A DNA stretch of 59,717 bases, filler included, from Catajapyx aquilonaris (GCA_000934665.2; 4 parts of 4 records of this genome joined end to end with filler, not necessarily neighbours in it), one strand, 5' to 3'; shown: positions 12,367 through 26,267, numbered from the whole stretch's first letter. Translations and numbers: made by a program. The notes: generated by a model not told the origin, from the sequence alone.

Positions 12367-14028
12367 CAAATCTGTAATAAGTGCAATGCGTTCACACCAG
12401 CGGCAGGGTAATATTTGGCTAATAACAATATGGCGAGGTGGTAAATAAGTATTGACGTTTCTAGGTGATTGCGCCATGAACAAATGAAGTAATGACAGAA
12501 AAAATACGAGGTAAAAAAATCACAGCTCCAATCCTGTAGCAGTGGGAACTGTGAGATTTTGAACATAGATCCGCACCATCCCACTGCACCTTCGGCCCTT
12601 TGACGAAGAAACCGTATTCCGAATAGTTATTGAGGAAAAAAATTCAGACGTATTTTTTGGTGGGTTTAAATTTTTTGCGGCGTTTTGAAGAGGAATTGAG
12701 TTTAGCTGTAAATGGTAGGAATGCACTTCACGACGGTGGGCATCTGTGTTCAAAATATGGAAGCTCTACCTACAGCAGAACTTGAGTTAGGGCGAATAAA
12801 AAAAGCGTAACAAGAACAAGAAGATGTTGAAGAAATTCATTGTTGAAATCTATGCTACGGTCTTACTAAGGGGCTATCGCCCCTTAAATATCATTCTGTG
12901 CAACTAAAATATATTACTGAATTCTGTGCAACTAAAATATATTACTGAATATTTATACAACAAGTCACTTCTGAAATACTGTGTGTTTTAAAAATATTTT
13001 TTTTAAATAATTTTTTCATGGATGGATGTTTTTAATGTGCTAAATTCAGCCTGTATAAATTGCAACCTAGGACAAGCAGCTCACAGCTTGTAAGTACGTA
13101 GGTATGGAAATTCAATAGTAAGTTATTTGAGTTTTCAAAACATATTAGACTTGTATGATGTTCTAGGATTCTAGTAAAGCATTCCTATGGACCTGTTCAG
13201 TGTCGAAAAATGCAACATTATAATTTTTGCCAAAAATATGTAGGCCATTATGTCACATTATAATGTGAAACAAGTATTCACTTTTTTTTACTTTCCCAAA
13301 ATCAGTGCTAAATATTTTTGTCATTTAATTCAAGGTGTACTTGACTTACCTACTGGTAAGCGTAAGACCTGTCACTGACTGTGAGTAAGCTGAAAGAAAA
13401 ATTTCAAAATACTGTATCCTCTTTACTTCTGATTTATATTGCACATTGCTGACTTAGATAATATTCTAACCATTCTGCAATGTTTTCTTATATTATCCAC
13501 AATGCATATCTGAGATAACCCCAAGCAAGCCAATGGCTTAGGAGTGGGATAATATGCGGTAGCCTACATCTAAAAATATTAATAAATAATTTGCCGCAAA
13601 TTTTGACTTATGTAAACAAGTTACACCCAAATAAGTGTAATCCAAAATTTTATTGGGATGTCTTCTCATACTAAAATAATCCCTAAATAAATGAGCCAGA
13701 GATGTCACGTGCGAAGTCACAGAAAAACTCTTTGCTTTCTACCTCTTTATTCAGTAGCACCATAACTCCATAAGTCTATTTTGATGATTACAAGAGTGCA
13801 GGTCAGGTACACAAATTTTAAAATAATAAAAAAAACAGCTGGCATTTGGGAATTATTTGGGAACGCACTGATGGTATACTGTGTATTGAATGACCTTTCT
13901 GAATCAACATGGCTATCCAGGTCGTCCTTTCACAACAGGCACCATCCCATAGTCTTCATAAGCCAATGAAGGGTTCTGCATGGGCTTAACGACCTGGAAA
14001 GATACAATACATCAGCAAGTAGTTAACA

Positions 14029-14260
14029 GGGTGGCACGGTGGTGTAGTGGTTAGCACCATAGCCTTCCATCTCTAAGGTCCCGAGTTCGATCCCCGAATC
14101 GTACAGAGGATACTTATGTGGATAGAGTTTCGATGGGTTCTCTCCGTGTTCGCGTGGGTTTTCTCGGGGTTCTCTCGTTTCCTCCCACTATCAAAATACA
14201 TCACAGCAAAGGCAATGATTAAAGTCGGTCAATTAAAAGATGATCCCCTAAAAATCCCAA
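14029..14260 (+). mobile_element. tRNA-derived SINE with V-SINE-like central domain
   Basis: Box A TGGTGTAGTGG, box B AGTTCGATCCC, then GTTCTCTCCGTGTTCGCGTGGGTTTTCTCGGGGTTCTCTCGTTTCCTCCCAC. 3' boundary approximate. Confidence 0.7.
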
Positions 14261-14275
14261 GGAGGCTTATCAAGG

Positions 14276-14881
14276 GACTCGCTTTGCGAGGCGGGGGGGC
14301 TCCGCCCCCCCACACCCCCCCTTGGGGCTGCGCCCCAATTGGCGCGCCGTCGGCGCTACGCGTTCCCGCCCGGGCCTACCCTAATCTATCCGGTTACAGA
14401 ACCCGTGACGTCACGGCCCACAAAGGTTTGGAGTATTAGAATGCGCCCCAGGTGACGTATCATGAAAAAGGCTAGGTGGGATTATAGGGAATTGACCTGT
14501 CAGCGGGTGATGGATAGGGCTATTGTTCTCGGGCTTTAACGAACTTCTGGGCAAGGTCGGGAATTAAAAATTTGGTTTTTGGGTCATAGCTCGGAAACGG
14601 CTGGGAAATTTGCAGTTTTAAGGATTTTTCGATTCCCAACTAATTTTTGGACCTATTTTTTAAGACCATTCCCAGCCCTCTACGACGTCGGGAAGTGGGA
14701 GATCTTTTCCATCCTATATCCTATATCCTATATCCTCGGCGTGGGGCTTTATATATATTAGACTCGCTTTGCGAGGTGGGGGGGCTCCGCCCCCCCACAC
14801 CCCCCGTGGGGCTGCGCCCCACGTGCGCGCCTTCGGCGCGGTGCCCGTGTCCCGCCTAATCCATCCGGTTACAGAAATCCA
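14276..14881 (-). repeat. ~485-bp tandem unit, Helitron-like
   Basis: GACTCGCTTTGCGAGG..GGGCTCCGCCCC starts at 14276 and again at 14761. The junction reads TCTAATATATATAAAG on the minus strand next to a CTCGC-TTT-GCGAG hairpin. Confidence 0.5.
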
Positions 14882-14981
14882 NNNNNNNNNNNNNNNNNNN
14901 NNNNNNNNNNNNNNNNNNNNNNNNNTTAATTAATTAANNNNNNNNNNNNNNNNNNNNNNNNNNNNNNNNNNNNNNNNNNNN
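14882..14981. other. Artificial linker N44-TTAATTAATTAA-N44
   Basis: 100-bp spacer with stops in all six frames, identical at three positions. Confidence 0.97.
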
Positions 14982-15841
14982 ACTGAAGCTGCCCTAAGTC
15001 CCGATATCACTTTTTTATTTTCGAATAATTAAATCAACCTCGAGTTGGTGAAATATGCAGAGGAAGATTGTCTGCACATCATATTAAAATTTGGATCATT
15101 TTAATGTGGTTGTTTGAGTGATGTAGTGACACAAACTGCACTTGCTTACGGCGAGAAACAATGACAAAGTGTAGGATTTTTTATGTCCTTCCCCGCTCAA
15201 CCTCTCGGATGGAGATGCACGGCATGAGACGGGGCATGAGTGGAGCTATCATTTGGTACCCATTGCATATTTTAAGTCCCAATAGGCGCCTGCCAGTGAC
15301 GGCGCAAAGATAGTCGGAATCCCCATAAGGCGCCATGTTAATTTCGCCTTCCCGCCTCATTTTGCTTTCTCGACGCGTCATCACCCCCCTCTTCGTTGAT
15401 TGGCTAGCGCTCGGAGCGCCCTACCTCTGGTAGTTCTATATACTTTGGTCTGGAACGTTCCAATTAGCTCCAAACGGCTCCAAGCTGAATACAAATTAAT
15501 TAAAAATTGAACCCCCCTGGGGTTTTATTCCCCAAAATTTCAGCGACGAAAAATCCTGGGTTGGAAATAAGGTCGTCAGCCTGTCCCTCCCTCCCCCAAC
15601 CTCCCTTTTTCCTTGGCCATCTTTCGTCACATTCTCCCCCCGTCTAGTTGGTGGGAGGGTGGAGTTCGCGTCCGCAGCAAGCAGACGAGACCCTTTTTTT
15701 TTTTTTAAGTGTATAAATTTATTTATTTGGCGGGTTGCTTTGGCTTCAGCCCCGTGCTTTTTAGGTCTTTAAAATTTATTGCGAATCGGGGAGGGCGTCG
15801 GGAAACCGATAGAAAGGTCTCGTTGTGGCAGGTTCGAAGAC

Positions 15842-16963
15842 ATGACCCGTGAGTATATCGCTTCCCTCTAATAATGTTGTGGTCGAACCCAGCCCTGTTT
15901 CTTTTAGTGCACTGGGACTTAGTAGTTATGCTGTATGTGTGAGTGCTTTTGTTGCCTGTGCGCACTTGCAAAGAGGGCAGTAGCTAGTGGTTCCTAAAAT
16001 AGAATGTGCCGCATAAGCAGCATGCGAGAAATACACTGGTGACGTTAAGGGCAAATATGCAGGGCAATGCCTTTTTAAAGGAAAGTGCCCTTCTTGTATG
16101 AGCAGAATCGGCCCATGTGGGTGATGAATATGCTTCACAATTCAAGCTGCGTAGAAATCAGCGTGACTAGTCATTGACGGAAACTCAATGTTAATTATTT
16201 TATCAAGTCCGTTACAGTCTTGTTAAGCATTAGAAGCCCTTGGCAGTTTCAACACTCTTTGTTTGATCCTGGCAGAGATGGAATGAATCAAGTGGAGACA
16301 AAAGGCAGAGAATAAGCAGTCTATCTTGAGTTGATAACATGGAAGGGCATTTAATGGCCCTGATTAGTTACATACTCATTAGAGAAAACTTTTCATGTCC
16401 TAAATAATGATTATGTGGCCATGACTTGTCGCGTACATTATTTTTGTCGCATGATTATCACAGAAACCTGTTCTGTACACAGCATTCCCGGTGGAACAGA
16501 AATTCCACTATTCTGCCGTCAGATGTAAGAAGACCGGAACTCAAAAACTAGTAAGGGTGAAAGCCGCATGCATGCGACTTGCACCCTTACTAGTTTTGAG
16601 TTACAGTCTTCTGACATCTGACGGCAGTATTTATGGAAATAAATGATGAATTCCACATTTTGCCTTGATGTTCCAGGTGGCAACCAGAGGGAGTTAGCAC
16701 GCCAAAAGGCGGCAAAGAAGCAGGGCGAGCAGCAGAAGAAGAAGGGGGCTGACGACAAAGATGGGAACAGAGGCATGACGCTGGAGCAGAGGAGGCAGAG
16801 GTCGATACATGCTACTTGTCCTCTATCATTTGCTGGTATAAATACATTCTCAGGAAACCTTTTTTTCCCTCCATATTGCAGGGATGCTGATACGATGCGA
16901 GAGAAGCAGAAGAAAGCTGCTGAAGGTTCTACCAAGGGTGAGGGGTCTGCAAAATCCAAATGA
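15842..16963 (+). CDS. Serf: Small EDRK-rich factor (SERF/MOAG-4 family), 70 aa
   Basis: Exons 15842-15848 (ATGACCC|gtgagt), 16677-16800 and 16882-16963 give MTRGNQRELARQKAAKKQGEQQKKK...LEQRRQRDADTMREKQKKA...SAKSK*. Confidence 0.93.
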
Positions 16964-19900
16964 AGACATCTGCAAATATTCAGCAGCATCAAGTCTAACT
17001 ACCCCACCTCCGAGTTATGTTGATGCAATTCATTACCTGGGAAAAATGTGCGCTCTTTGTGATAAGTGCGACAAAAATTACGTAGGCAAAAAATCAGACA
17101 TGTTACAAGGTCAAGAAAACGATTTCCTGGAAAGGCAATAGCAGTTCTCCATTATTTTTTTTTGTTGTTTTTAGGCCCTATCAATTCATGTGTCATTCAA
17201 TGTACATTTTTTTAAATCCACGCCATTTAAATATGCAATAAATGTTTTTTTCCATACTCGAAAAAATTTCTGTCCCATCGCATCTTTATTGCACCATCCC
17301 ATAGTATAAAGTCACCCTTTCGTTGTAATTCTTCAGTCATGACCGAAAGGAAAGAAACAAGTTTTGAACATCCATTGTTGCAATGCACAACACAACAAAC
17401 CTGGTGGAAAGTGAAAAACAATGGGTAAACAAAGCACAAGTTTTTGTAGCTAATTAGTGATACACAAACAGTAGAGAGCATGACTGAAACCACATCGTTT
17501 TGCTTTGACAGAGAGGGGAACAATTTTCCATTGAGCACTTTTGCGGCAAACAACCCGCTTTTGTGGAAGACACGGTGCCAATACGTCAACAACTAAAGTT
17601 TTAAAATGTGCAAAAACACACGATGTAGTGGACCTTTTTTTGTTTTCTTACTCTCTCTCTCTCTCTCTCTCTTTCTGCATTGCTCTAATACATTACAACC
17701 AGATAAAAAGGATGGCATTCTTGGGAGATGATCATAATAAATGACAATTAAAAAAATTAAACGGTACAAATGAGAAACCTTTTCTAGACAAATCTAACCT
17801 CTATTTTATAATTTACCACTTAAGGGGAAAAAAATTTGAGTATATGTCACACATGCTAGTTACAACAGGCCTGACCAAACAAACAAAACAATCTTACACA
17901 TGCCTCGATGTCTGCTTCGATTAACTGCAGGGAGACAAAATCATACGACTCGGAATAGTTGTGAAAATCAGAATTAGGCCACTAAGCTGTCCTAGCAGGC
18001 ACTTTTCTTCCATCGGGGACTCATGATACAAAAAACTAAATGACACGAGCCTCTCCCACAATAATATCCTCCCCTATCCTGTGATCTGTACATTTCAGTG
18101 CAAAAAAATTGCCTACACGCGCTGGGGAACAAATTTCGATTCCAATCCAGGGCAGTTCTTCACTTATTGCCAGGGGAGAAATTCAGCTATGCAAATCCAG
18201 TGTTGTGTACATATGGTACCTGTTAAACAATCACAGAGTATTTGCAAGAAACAAGAGCAGTTTTATTGCGTGCTTTTACTTGCAAACAGACCTGCAATTG
18301 CGGTTTAATCTGGTATCAAAAAACTGGCAACTATTGCGACTTATTGGCCTTGAATCATTAGTATTGCCTTGAATCAAGTCTCACTACAACAATAATAATG
18401 CCTATCTGTACACCTTCTCTGTTCCTATTGTTGTGAATTGAATGGAAAAATTAAGAATGTGTAAAACTTGGGCTTCCCTGCAGAACACGAGTACCAATCT
18501 GAGCAAATGTGGTCATTGTAGAGAAGTTCAGGTGGGGAAAAAAAACTGCAGTAGGAACAGTTGAAATAATAATTATAATAGTAATAATAATAGTAATAAT
18601 AAAAACTATCAATGAAGACTGAAAAATAGGATAGCACCAGTCAGTTGTCATGTGAGGTATATGGATCGGGTTCACCTTCCTAATAGCTGTTTTTCTTTTC
18701 TCTCTCTCTTTTTTTTGGTCCCACTGGAGTTGGCCTTTGAATTATCGAGTACTATTGTTGCCTGAGGAGATCAAATAATGTCGGTTTCAAAACAAATTAC
18801 GACCTATTGAACATATTTAAAAAAACAAAGACGTTTATCTTGTGCACCCTGGCTACATAAAACCTACCCAAAATACATGAATAGAGAGCCACAAGTAATG
18901 TTAAAGACAGTCTCTTGGCAGCATTTCAATTCTCATGCGTTTTACACTCCAGAAGAAGAAAGAAAAAACATGAGGTTAAAAATCTTATACTGGAAAAAGC
19001 ACCACTACTTTCCTTTCCTAATAAATCGTATACATTGTTTAAGGCAAGAATTACTGCAGCCAAAAGTTTCGCGCTGTTTATTGTTTGCTTATTCGTTTCA
19101 ACTTCCTTTTGTTATTCATTTTTTCAAACTGTCTAAACTGACCCTCTAAGAAAGAATTTTTCCTGCCCTTATTGCTCTCGAGTGACTCCGGACAGTCAAG
19201 TAGCCGGACCAACAAAACGTTTTCCTTTGTGACGTTTAACTTCTTTTTTTAACTTGCAGAAATTTTTAAGTCTCTCTAAGTACATCACTACTGAACCCAC
19301 GATAATGACAGAAAAATATATCAAACAGTTAAATTTTCCCTACATGTGTATCAATGGTGTACTTTTTTCTTCTTATGTATGTGTGGTTGTGTGTGTGTGT
19401 GTGTGTTACATGTTCAGCCTCCTTGCTTCTTTAACCTTCTTAAAAAGTTATGTTCTCGTGTAAAGTTTTTAAATAGTCTGGAAACATCACATGCATCATT
19501 ATGAAAATTGGGTTGGACACAAAAGTGTGGACAATGGGTGTAAAAACTACATTATCTACAGCTGCTCAACTGGGTTGTCATGCGAGCTGCCATTTTAAAA
19601 TATCCGTGAAAAAAAACAGGCCCATTTCCAACACCTTTTAAAAAGAAAATTTACTACTGGTTAACATCTCTCTGCCATATGTAATGGCATGGCTTGGCAG
19701 TCACAACGCTAGCAAATGGTTGTCTCAATTCTGCTACAATGCATGAGTTTTTTGCTGCGGACTTTAACACAACAATTTGCCAAGATGTACTAGGTTCAGG
19801 GCATATTTCTTACACCTCCATTTTTAACTACTGCAAATTTCTTACCATATAAAAAGAGAAACAATGGCACAACAACGAGGGAATAAATTCGCCAACAGCC

Positions 19901-22065
19901 ACCTTATGTAAAATACACCCAAAAAATTGCCTTTTTTTCCTCGACACACAGAGATTTCAAAAAATTGTTAGCTTGAGAGGAAGTAGTTTCAAAGAGTCAA
20001 GAAGAAGATAGAGGAACAACATGGAACATGGGTTTTTAAAAATCCTCTTTAAAATGCATGGTAATAGTCAAGAATAATAATAATAAAAGCTTCTTTCAAA
20101 ATAAGCAACAGTATGGGTATGCATGAACCCAATAATAATTGCAAAAACAAACTGCAAAAAAATAATGGGAGAAGGCGGTAGAAGAAAGAATCATACAAGT
20201 GGCCCACTACCACCTCACCCAAAAAATAACCAGCATAAAAAATTACGACTACAAAAATATACAATAGGGCCTGCACTTGGAGAAGTATGCAAGAAGATAA
20301 AAAATTAAAAACATCCTATAGCTAGATATCATTTGGTGTATAGTCACTGGTCCTTGTTTTTTTTAGTGCATCTCTCTTGCTTATATCTCACATACTCACA
20401 ATTGCTAAAATCTGCAAAAACTCAACTTGGCCCCACAAAAGGATTGATTAATACTAAGCTATGGAATAAGTAGTTTTGGCCTTGATGCATGTGACACACC
20501 CTTCTTCAAACCACCCACCAAACACAATAAAAAACAAATTAGGCAGATCAGTCTCCATGTGTGTATGTGTAGTAATATTGGGAATGCAAAAAATCTGCAA
20601 GCCAAAATAACTAAGCGAGTGCAGGCCCTGTATAGAGCAATATGAATATGTGTCATGCTTCGCGGCAAATGTTACATGCTCCATCATTTTTAAAACTAAA
20701 ATCACCAATTTCTATTTAAAAATTTCCTTGTCATGCGCCAACTAGCACCAATCAATCCAAATGTAACCCTAGGCACATGATGTCCAGATTTTTTGAAGGA
20801 AAAAAAAAAGTGTGCCAATTAGTCTTCCCACAATGTTCTTTTAAAAAATGGTAGAGCAAAACCATTTGAAACTCAAGGATTGAAGATTGTAACAGTCACA
20901 CGTAGTTACGCATTGCTTACATTTGTACGTACACGTTAGGACACTTTCAGTATAGTTGATGTTTTCATGGCTTTAAAAACACAAGTTGGATTGTTGCCTG
21001 CACACGACAAACACAACTTTGAATACTGTTGGGATCAAGTCTACTGAAATATGGGCAGTTTGTGGTGTGTGCTACCATTTGAAAATAATAATAAATGGCA
21101 AAGTTACCAACAAAGGCAGGAGAGAAGGGACGGGGGTGTCAAAAAGCTCATTGGTGTAAAAGTAAAAAATTATTAGTACATGCACACCATTAACTATTGA
21201 ACCATGGTTAATACTTGACATGGCCATGCTTATCTTATAAGTTTGGTCCTTATTTATAAGAGATCTTTCATCCAAGTATTGCAGCTGGCTGTAAACCTTA
21301 CATGTTCCCTAATACACCCCCTTCTTCATGTCTACTGCACATAACCTTTCTGTGTGCTCCTTCTCTCAGACCTAAAGCTAGGACCAGCCATTTAATAAAG
21401 TCAACATCACTTCTGCAAAATTGCCGAAAACATTTCAAATTCTCAAAAAGCATTCACCAAATAAATGTAATTTTTCTTAGTCTTTCCTAATTAAATCTGA
21501 GACAAAACAATCCAGCTAATATCACAATCACAATCGGAAGAGAGTGAGTTGCTCATCATCTACCAAACATAACCCATATAATTATATAAAAAAGACAAAA
21601 TAAAGAGTCAGTTGGACAGGCCAGTGTTTACAAGTCAATCTGACTATTAATAATATTCTATCATAATAATTGTGTATATATCTATGTAGGTATTAATGTT
21701 TTTTTTTTTTAGAGTCAGACCCTGGACCTGACCAACTGACTACAATATGTAACAAACGGGCCTCTTTTCAATACTATCAGCAAAGAATTCACAGAGAGTA
21801 CGGAAAAAACTGCCTTCAAGACACAATTAAGTATTCAGATTGTATACACTTTTATCATTAGTGAACTGGGTTACGTATAATTCCCCCCGTTTCTTGAAAA
21901 GCCTATAAATTGGCCCCCTTAAAAAAAAATCTCCCCGCCACCACCATATTTCTTCCCCAAAAACTCCATTATTTCCCCTCAGATGTGCCCGCATAGGAAC
22001 CATTAAATCATCTCTGCATGTGGGCCATCAGATGAGCATGCTGTTGTTGATGCTGCTGCTGAGGG

Positions 22066-22102
<37 letters not shown>

Positions 22103-22136
22103 TGGAGTGGGGTGGGTGATGGGGGGGAGGGGGCCT

Positions 22137-25100
22137 TCACATCACCTGCAGTATCTGACTCGCTTCAAAAGCGGTTCCAGGCAGCAGGATGACCGGAGAG
22201 GCCACGTGACCAGACTCCACGCATACCATGTTCGGGTATTCGTCGTCACCAAAGTCAGAAGTCTCCTTGGCCTTCTCCACCCAGGGATTCCACACAACTG
22301 TCAAGTACAATGCATGTACTTGGTATGAGGCAACATCGTCATCAAATAATTTGCAATGTAGCATATACAGTAAGCCATTCCATTCAGTAGATGACAAATT
22401 CATATGCTGCTTCCCCCAATTTAACAAAAAGCAACAATCACAAGCCATTATTTCAATGGGATTGCATGGGAGTCCTAACCTGTATCCGGAAAATTGTACT
22501 TCTGTATCCTCATCTTCCGTCCTGACACCACGTTAGTAATGATGTGCTCCTGTGGTGTGTTCTGGTAAATCCTGTCTGTCCACTCCGAGATGGTCACCAC
22601 ATCTCTGCCCTCTTGGTACACTGCCCCATCACGAGTCTGCAACAATAATAAACATCAACATTGGTGACAAAAAACTGCATTACACTGACCAACTTACCTT
22701 GTCTATGAAGGTGCACCCATGCAGTCCAGTTATTTGGCAGCGTCGGACATCTGGCACCTTGAAGTATGTGTGCAGCAGCAAGTTGAAGCTGAAGGTCAGG
22801 TCCTTGCTTGGGTTGTACACGCCAATGTTAAAGTGAAGTTCCTTTTCACGAAGAATCAGGCGGTACGTCAGGCGAAATCTGTGTTAAAGACGAATGGTCA
22901 CTACAACAGGTCCTATTGCTATTTGGTCTCCATGGCCATAATCTATTGCTAGCATTTGGAATTAGATTCTGGTCACAGTGGTATACTTGCAGGCCATGCA
23001 ACTTCAATTACATATTTCAATCTTAAATTCCTATTTGGCATCAGCTCTTTACTATGCTATACAAGGATGTGGAAATACTGACGGAAAATTCCACATCGAA
23101 CGGCTGAGTTCATTGTCCATGAGAGAGAAAATAGCCTCAACATCTCCACTGGGCATCCTCTCAGGCGGCTTCTCCAGGTTCCACCTGCACACACGAGCAA
23201 ACCCATGCGCCGGACCATAGCTCCATTGACCAAATTGAGCTGTTTGAGGCCACATCGTAAAAATTGTTCAAAAAATGGTAATACCAATCCACAACAAACT
23301 AATGGACTCTACTCACGAAACACAACAGGTATTCCTCCTCTGATGGCCTTCTTTCCATCAAACACTGCCTGCTTGCTCACAAATAGTTGCTCCTGGTTGT
23401 TCACGCGCCATGATACAACAGTAGCTCCTGGGGAAAATTTAAGGGTACAGTGACACACCTGTACAGCTCTCTCAATATACTAATTTCAAGTGTTGCACAG
23501 TACATTCAGCTTATGCCAATATTAATCCATTGCAAGGAACTTCGAACATAATTATGTTCCCTATTGATATCATGATGATCATAAATACGTACCATTCAAC
23601 ATATTTCAAGATGCCTATGCTTTATTGAGCAAAATATACAATAGTAAAGATTGGATTGGGGAAACCTTCCATCTCCTTCACTACTGACTACCCCATATAA
23701 GGATGCTGTCATAATGGTGATGGATACCCCCATGATAGGCCTGCTGGGACTTTCTTTTCAACACCAGACTTGATTCATTGCTTCTGCTGTATTTTTATTG
23801 TGAGAGGTAAAGGGAGAACTTCAAATAAACACTTGCAAACACAGAGAACCCATTGTAACTTTCCATATGAGAAAGTATCTTCTGCCAAGCCCAGGGATTG
23901 AACACAGACCTCAGAAGTAGTAGGCTGCAATACTAACAACCACACCATCATGCTGTCAACTTGGTTAAAAATACAAGTACCTGGGAGAGAAACCTATGTA
24001 CAGTAAAACTTCTATAAGTCGAACTTCCCTATGTCGAAGTTCTCTATGAGTCAAAGAAAATGATGAGCTTGGTTGGTCACAATGTAAAATAATAGGAAAT
24101 AAACTCCTCTAACTCGAATTTCTATATAACTCGAAGTTCTCCATAACTCGCTGGCAGGGCCTTACCATGGGATATTGATGCGTTTTTAGTCTCCCTAAGT
24201 CGAAGTTTATGTAGGCGAGTACGGAAAATTGTCTAATTTCTCAGCCGAAGGGTCGAGAGTAGGCCACGTGTACAGAAAGGCTCAATTTCCTGATCTCCGT
24301 CTACCAGACTATTGTGTACTGGGTGGCTGGTAAGAAAGGTACTCAGGATGTTGAACGAACAGGTGTATTGTACTATTTGGAACAGAGCTACATAACTGAG
24401 CAACTGCTGAGTCTGTTCCTACATCAAAGTCAAACAACAACCGTTGACCGGCAACTGGTGAATATGGCAGGACACAACACAGACATACCGAAAGAAGTAT
24501 TTGACAATTGAATCCTTGAATCTAAGAGTAGGCAAATGTCCATAACGGAGATTTTTTTACAACAAAACAACGAGGAACATTGTAAGTGTGATAGTGGCAG
24601 TTATTTTTAAGTGTTGAACACCTTTTGTCACTGGATATAGAGTTCTGTGCTTTAAAAAATCCACACTTCTCTAACTCAAATATTCTATAACTCGGAAGTT
24701 TTTTCCGGTCCCAGGGAGATTCGACTTATAGAAGTTTTACTGTAACATCTGTCTCATTATAATGCTTTCAAGCATTCCCTCACAACTACTAATGATGACT
24801 ATTATTAATGACATTCCTTACATATGCCATTTTTAAAGCACCTCATTCTTTTTTTAAAAACCTTGCTGAAGCTTGTAATATAAAAGAAATTACATCATCA
24901 TTAGCTTGCACTTTTATAGGAACTGTATTCTCATAAGTTTACACTCCAAGAGCAATGATGCTAAGTCAAGTGCTAAGTAGTGGTCACCCATGTAATGCAC
25001 TGAAATAAGAGTAACGAATCAATCAAGACTGGCAAGTGGCAACCAATCCCACACCTTTCATCTTGTAATGTTGACACACACACACCACAAAACCTTGTGA

Positions 25101-25827
25101 AAAGAGCCCAAGGTCAGATTAGGTATGGTTGACAAACTTCCTGCTGACTGCATCCATCGCTATTTATTATTCGCCCTTACCAAACCATACCACTTCCGAT
25201 ACTGCATTATTCCAAGGCTCAGCCACTTACGTACTGCCCTCATTAATAACCATACCCTGCCGCCATACCCACTAGTCAATACCACCTGTGCCGCAACAAA
25301 ATGTCAGGCAAGCTGCACAACCAGCTCATGTGCCCAAACCCTGCTGAAATGTAGCGAAAAATTGCCCAGATTCCACACCCAACTTTTTTTACTGCCATGA
25401 AAAGGGGGAAACGTCTGAAAACCAGAAAATCGAAAGTGGCCCTTTCCCCCAGCCCAACTTTTTTGCTCTTCTCACTCCCCCCCACTCAAAAAGAGGTGCC
25501 AAAACAGGCTGCAAAAGGTCACAAAAATGATCCGAAAATCCTCCCACCCTGCCCCCCAACCCCACCCAGGCTCCATCCAGCACTACAAAAAACGTTCGAA
25601 AAAAAACCATTAAATCTCCGTTGCAAAAGGAATCCCAGCCATAAAAAACAAGGCTCAATTACGGGGCCCCCGGTCCTTCTGGAGCTCCCGACCATTGCGC
25701 AGATTGTCGCTGGACATGCCCCGTACCGTCCTGACCAGATGCGGGGGTACGTACCGTGCAGGTTGATGGTGCAGGTGGTGTTGTTTCCCCGGTCGAGGAC
25801 AACGACGCTGGTAGCCGGGGCGGCCAT
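22137..25827 (-). CDS. Glucose-6-phosphate 1-epimerase (aldose 1-epimerase family), 6 exons, 279 aa
   Basis: Exons 25827-25755, 23427-23317, 23239-23083, 22878-22698, 22636-22480, 22297-22137 (840 nt, phases consistent). Motifs HGATVVSW, KAIRGGIPVVFPQFG, HGFAR, LHTYF, DTVVWNPW, MVCVE. An alternative in-frame ATG lies at 25848. Confidence 0.93.
24001..24742. mobile_element. pogo/Tigger-like MITE in epimerase intron 1
   Basis: TIR CAGTAAAACTTCTATAAGTCGAA / TTCGACTTATAGAAGTTTTACTG, TA TSD. Confidence 0.88.
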
Positions 25828-25956
25828 GTTTGAGCGCCAATACGTCATGGTGGGGCCTGCCGTTCCGCAGTGGGAACGCGTTCCCTTGCTCGCACGCTGC
25901 TCCTTCATCGCGGAACGGATCGCAGTGGGAACGGAGGGACGGAGCGGTCAGAGTTC

Positions 25957-25996
<40 letters not shown>

Positions 25997-26267
25997 AGGG
26001 CTACTGGAATAATTGCACGCGGAAAATACGAAATTGGGTTAGGGATACTTGTGAAACATCCGGTGGCACACAAAGCATGTTCAAGCACCAAACCAAGCCC
26101 GGACAAACAAACAAACCTCGCCTCTTTGATATACGGTACTGTGTGTAGATATACGTATTTCATCCTGACTTAATCACACTGTACATAATTATGTCTTTAA
26201 AACGTGCTTTAAAAATATACGCATGGGCTATATTTTTTGTGCAGATTTGTGTTCCAATTTTTAAAGA

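Noticed and set aside
12893..12950. Short (~28-bp) direct tandem duplication
   Set aside because: Simple local slippage duplication in AT-rich DNA with no further structure.
25397..26173. 258-aa plus-strand ORF
   Set aside because: Antisense to epimerase exon 1 and its GC-rich promoter, runs through a (CT)n repeat, and has no recognisable domain.
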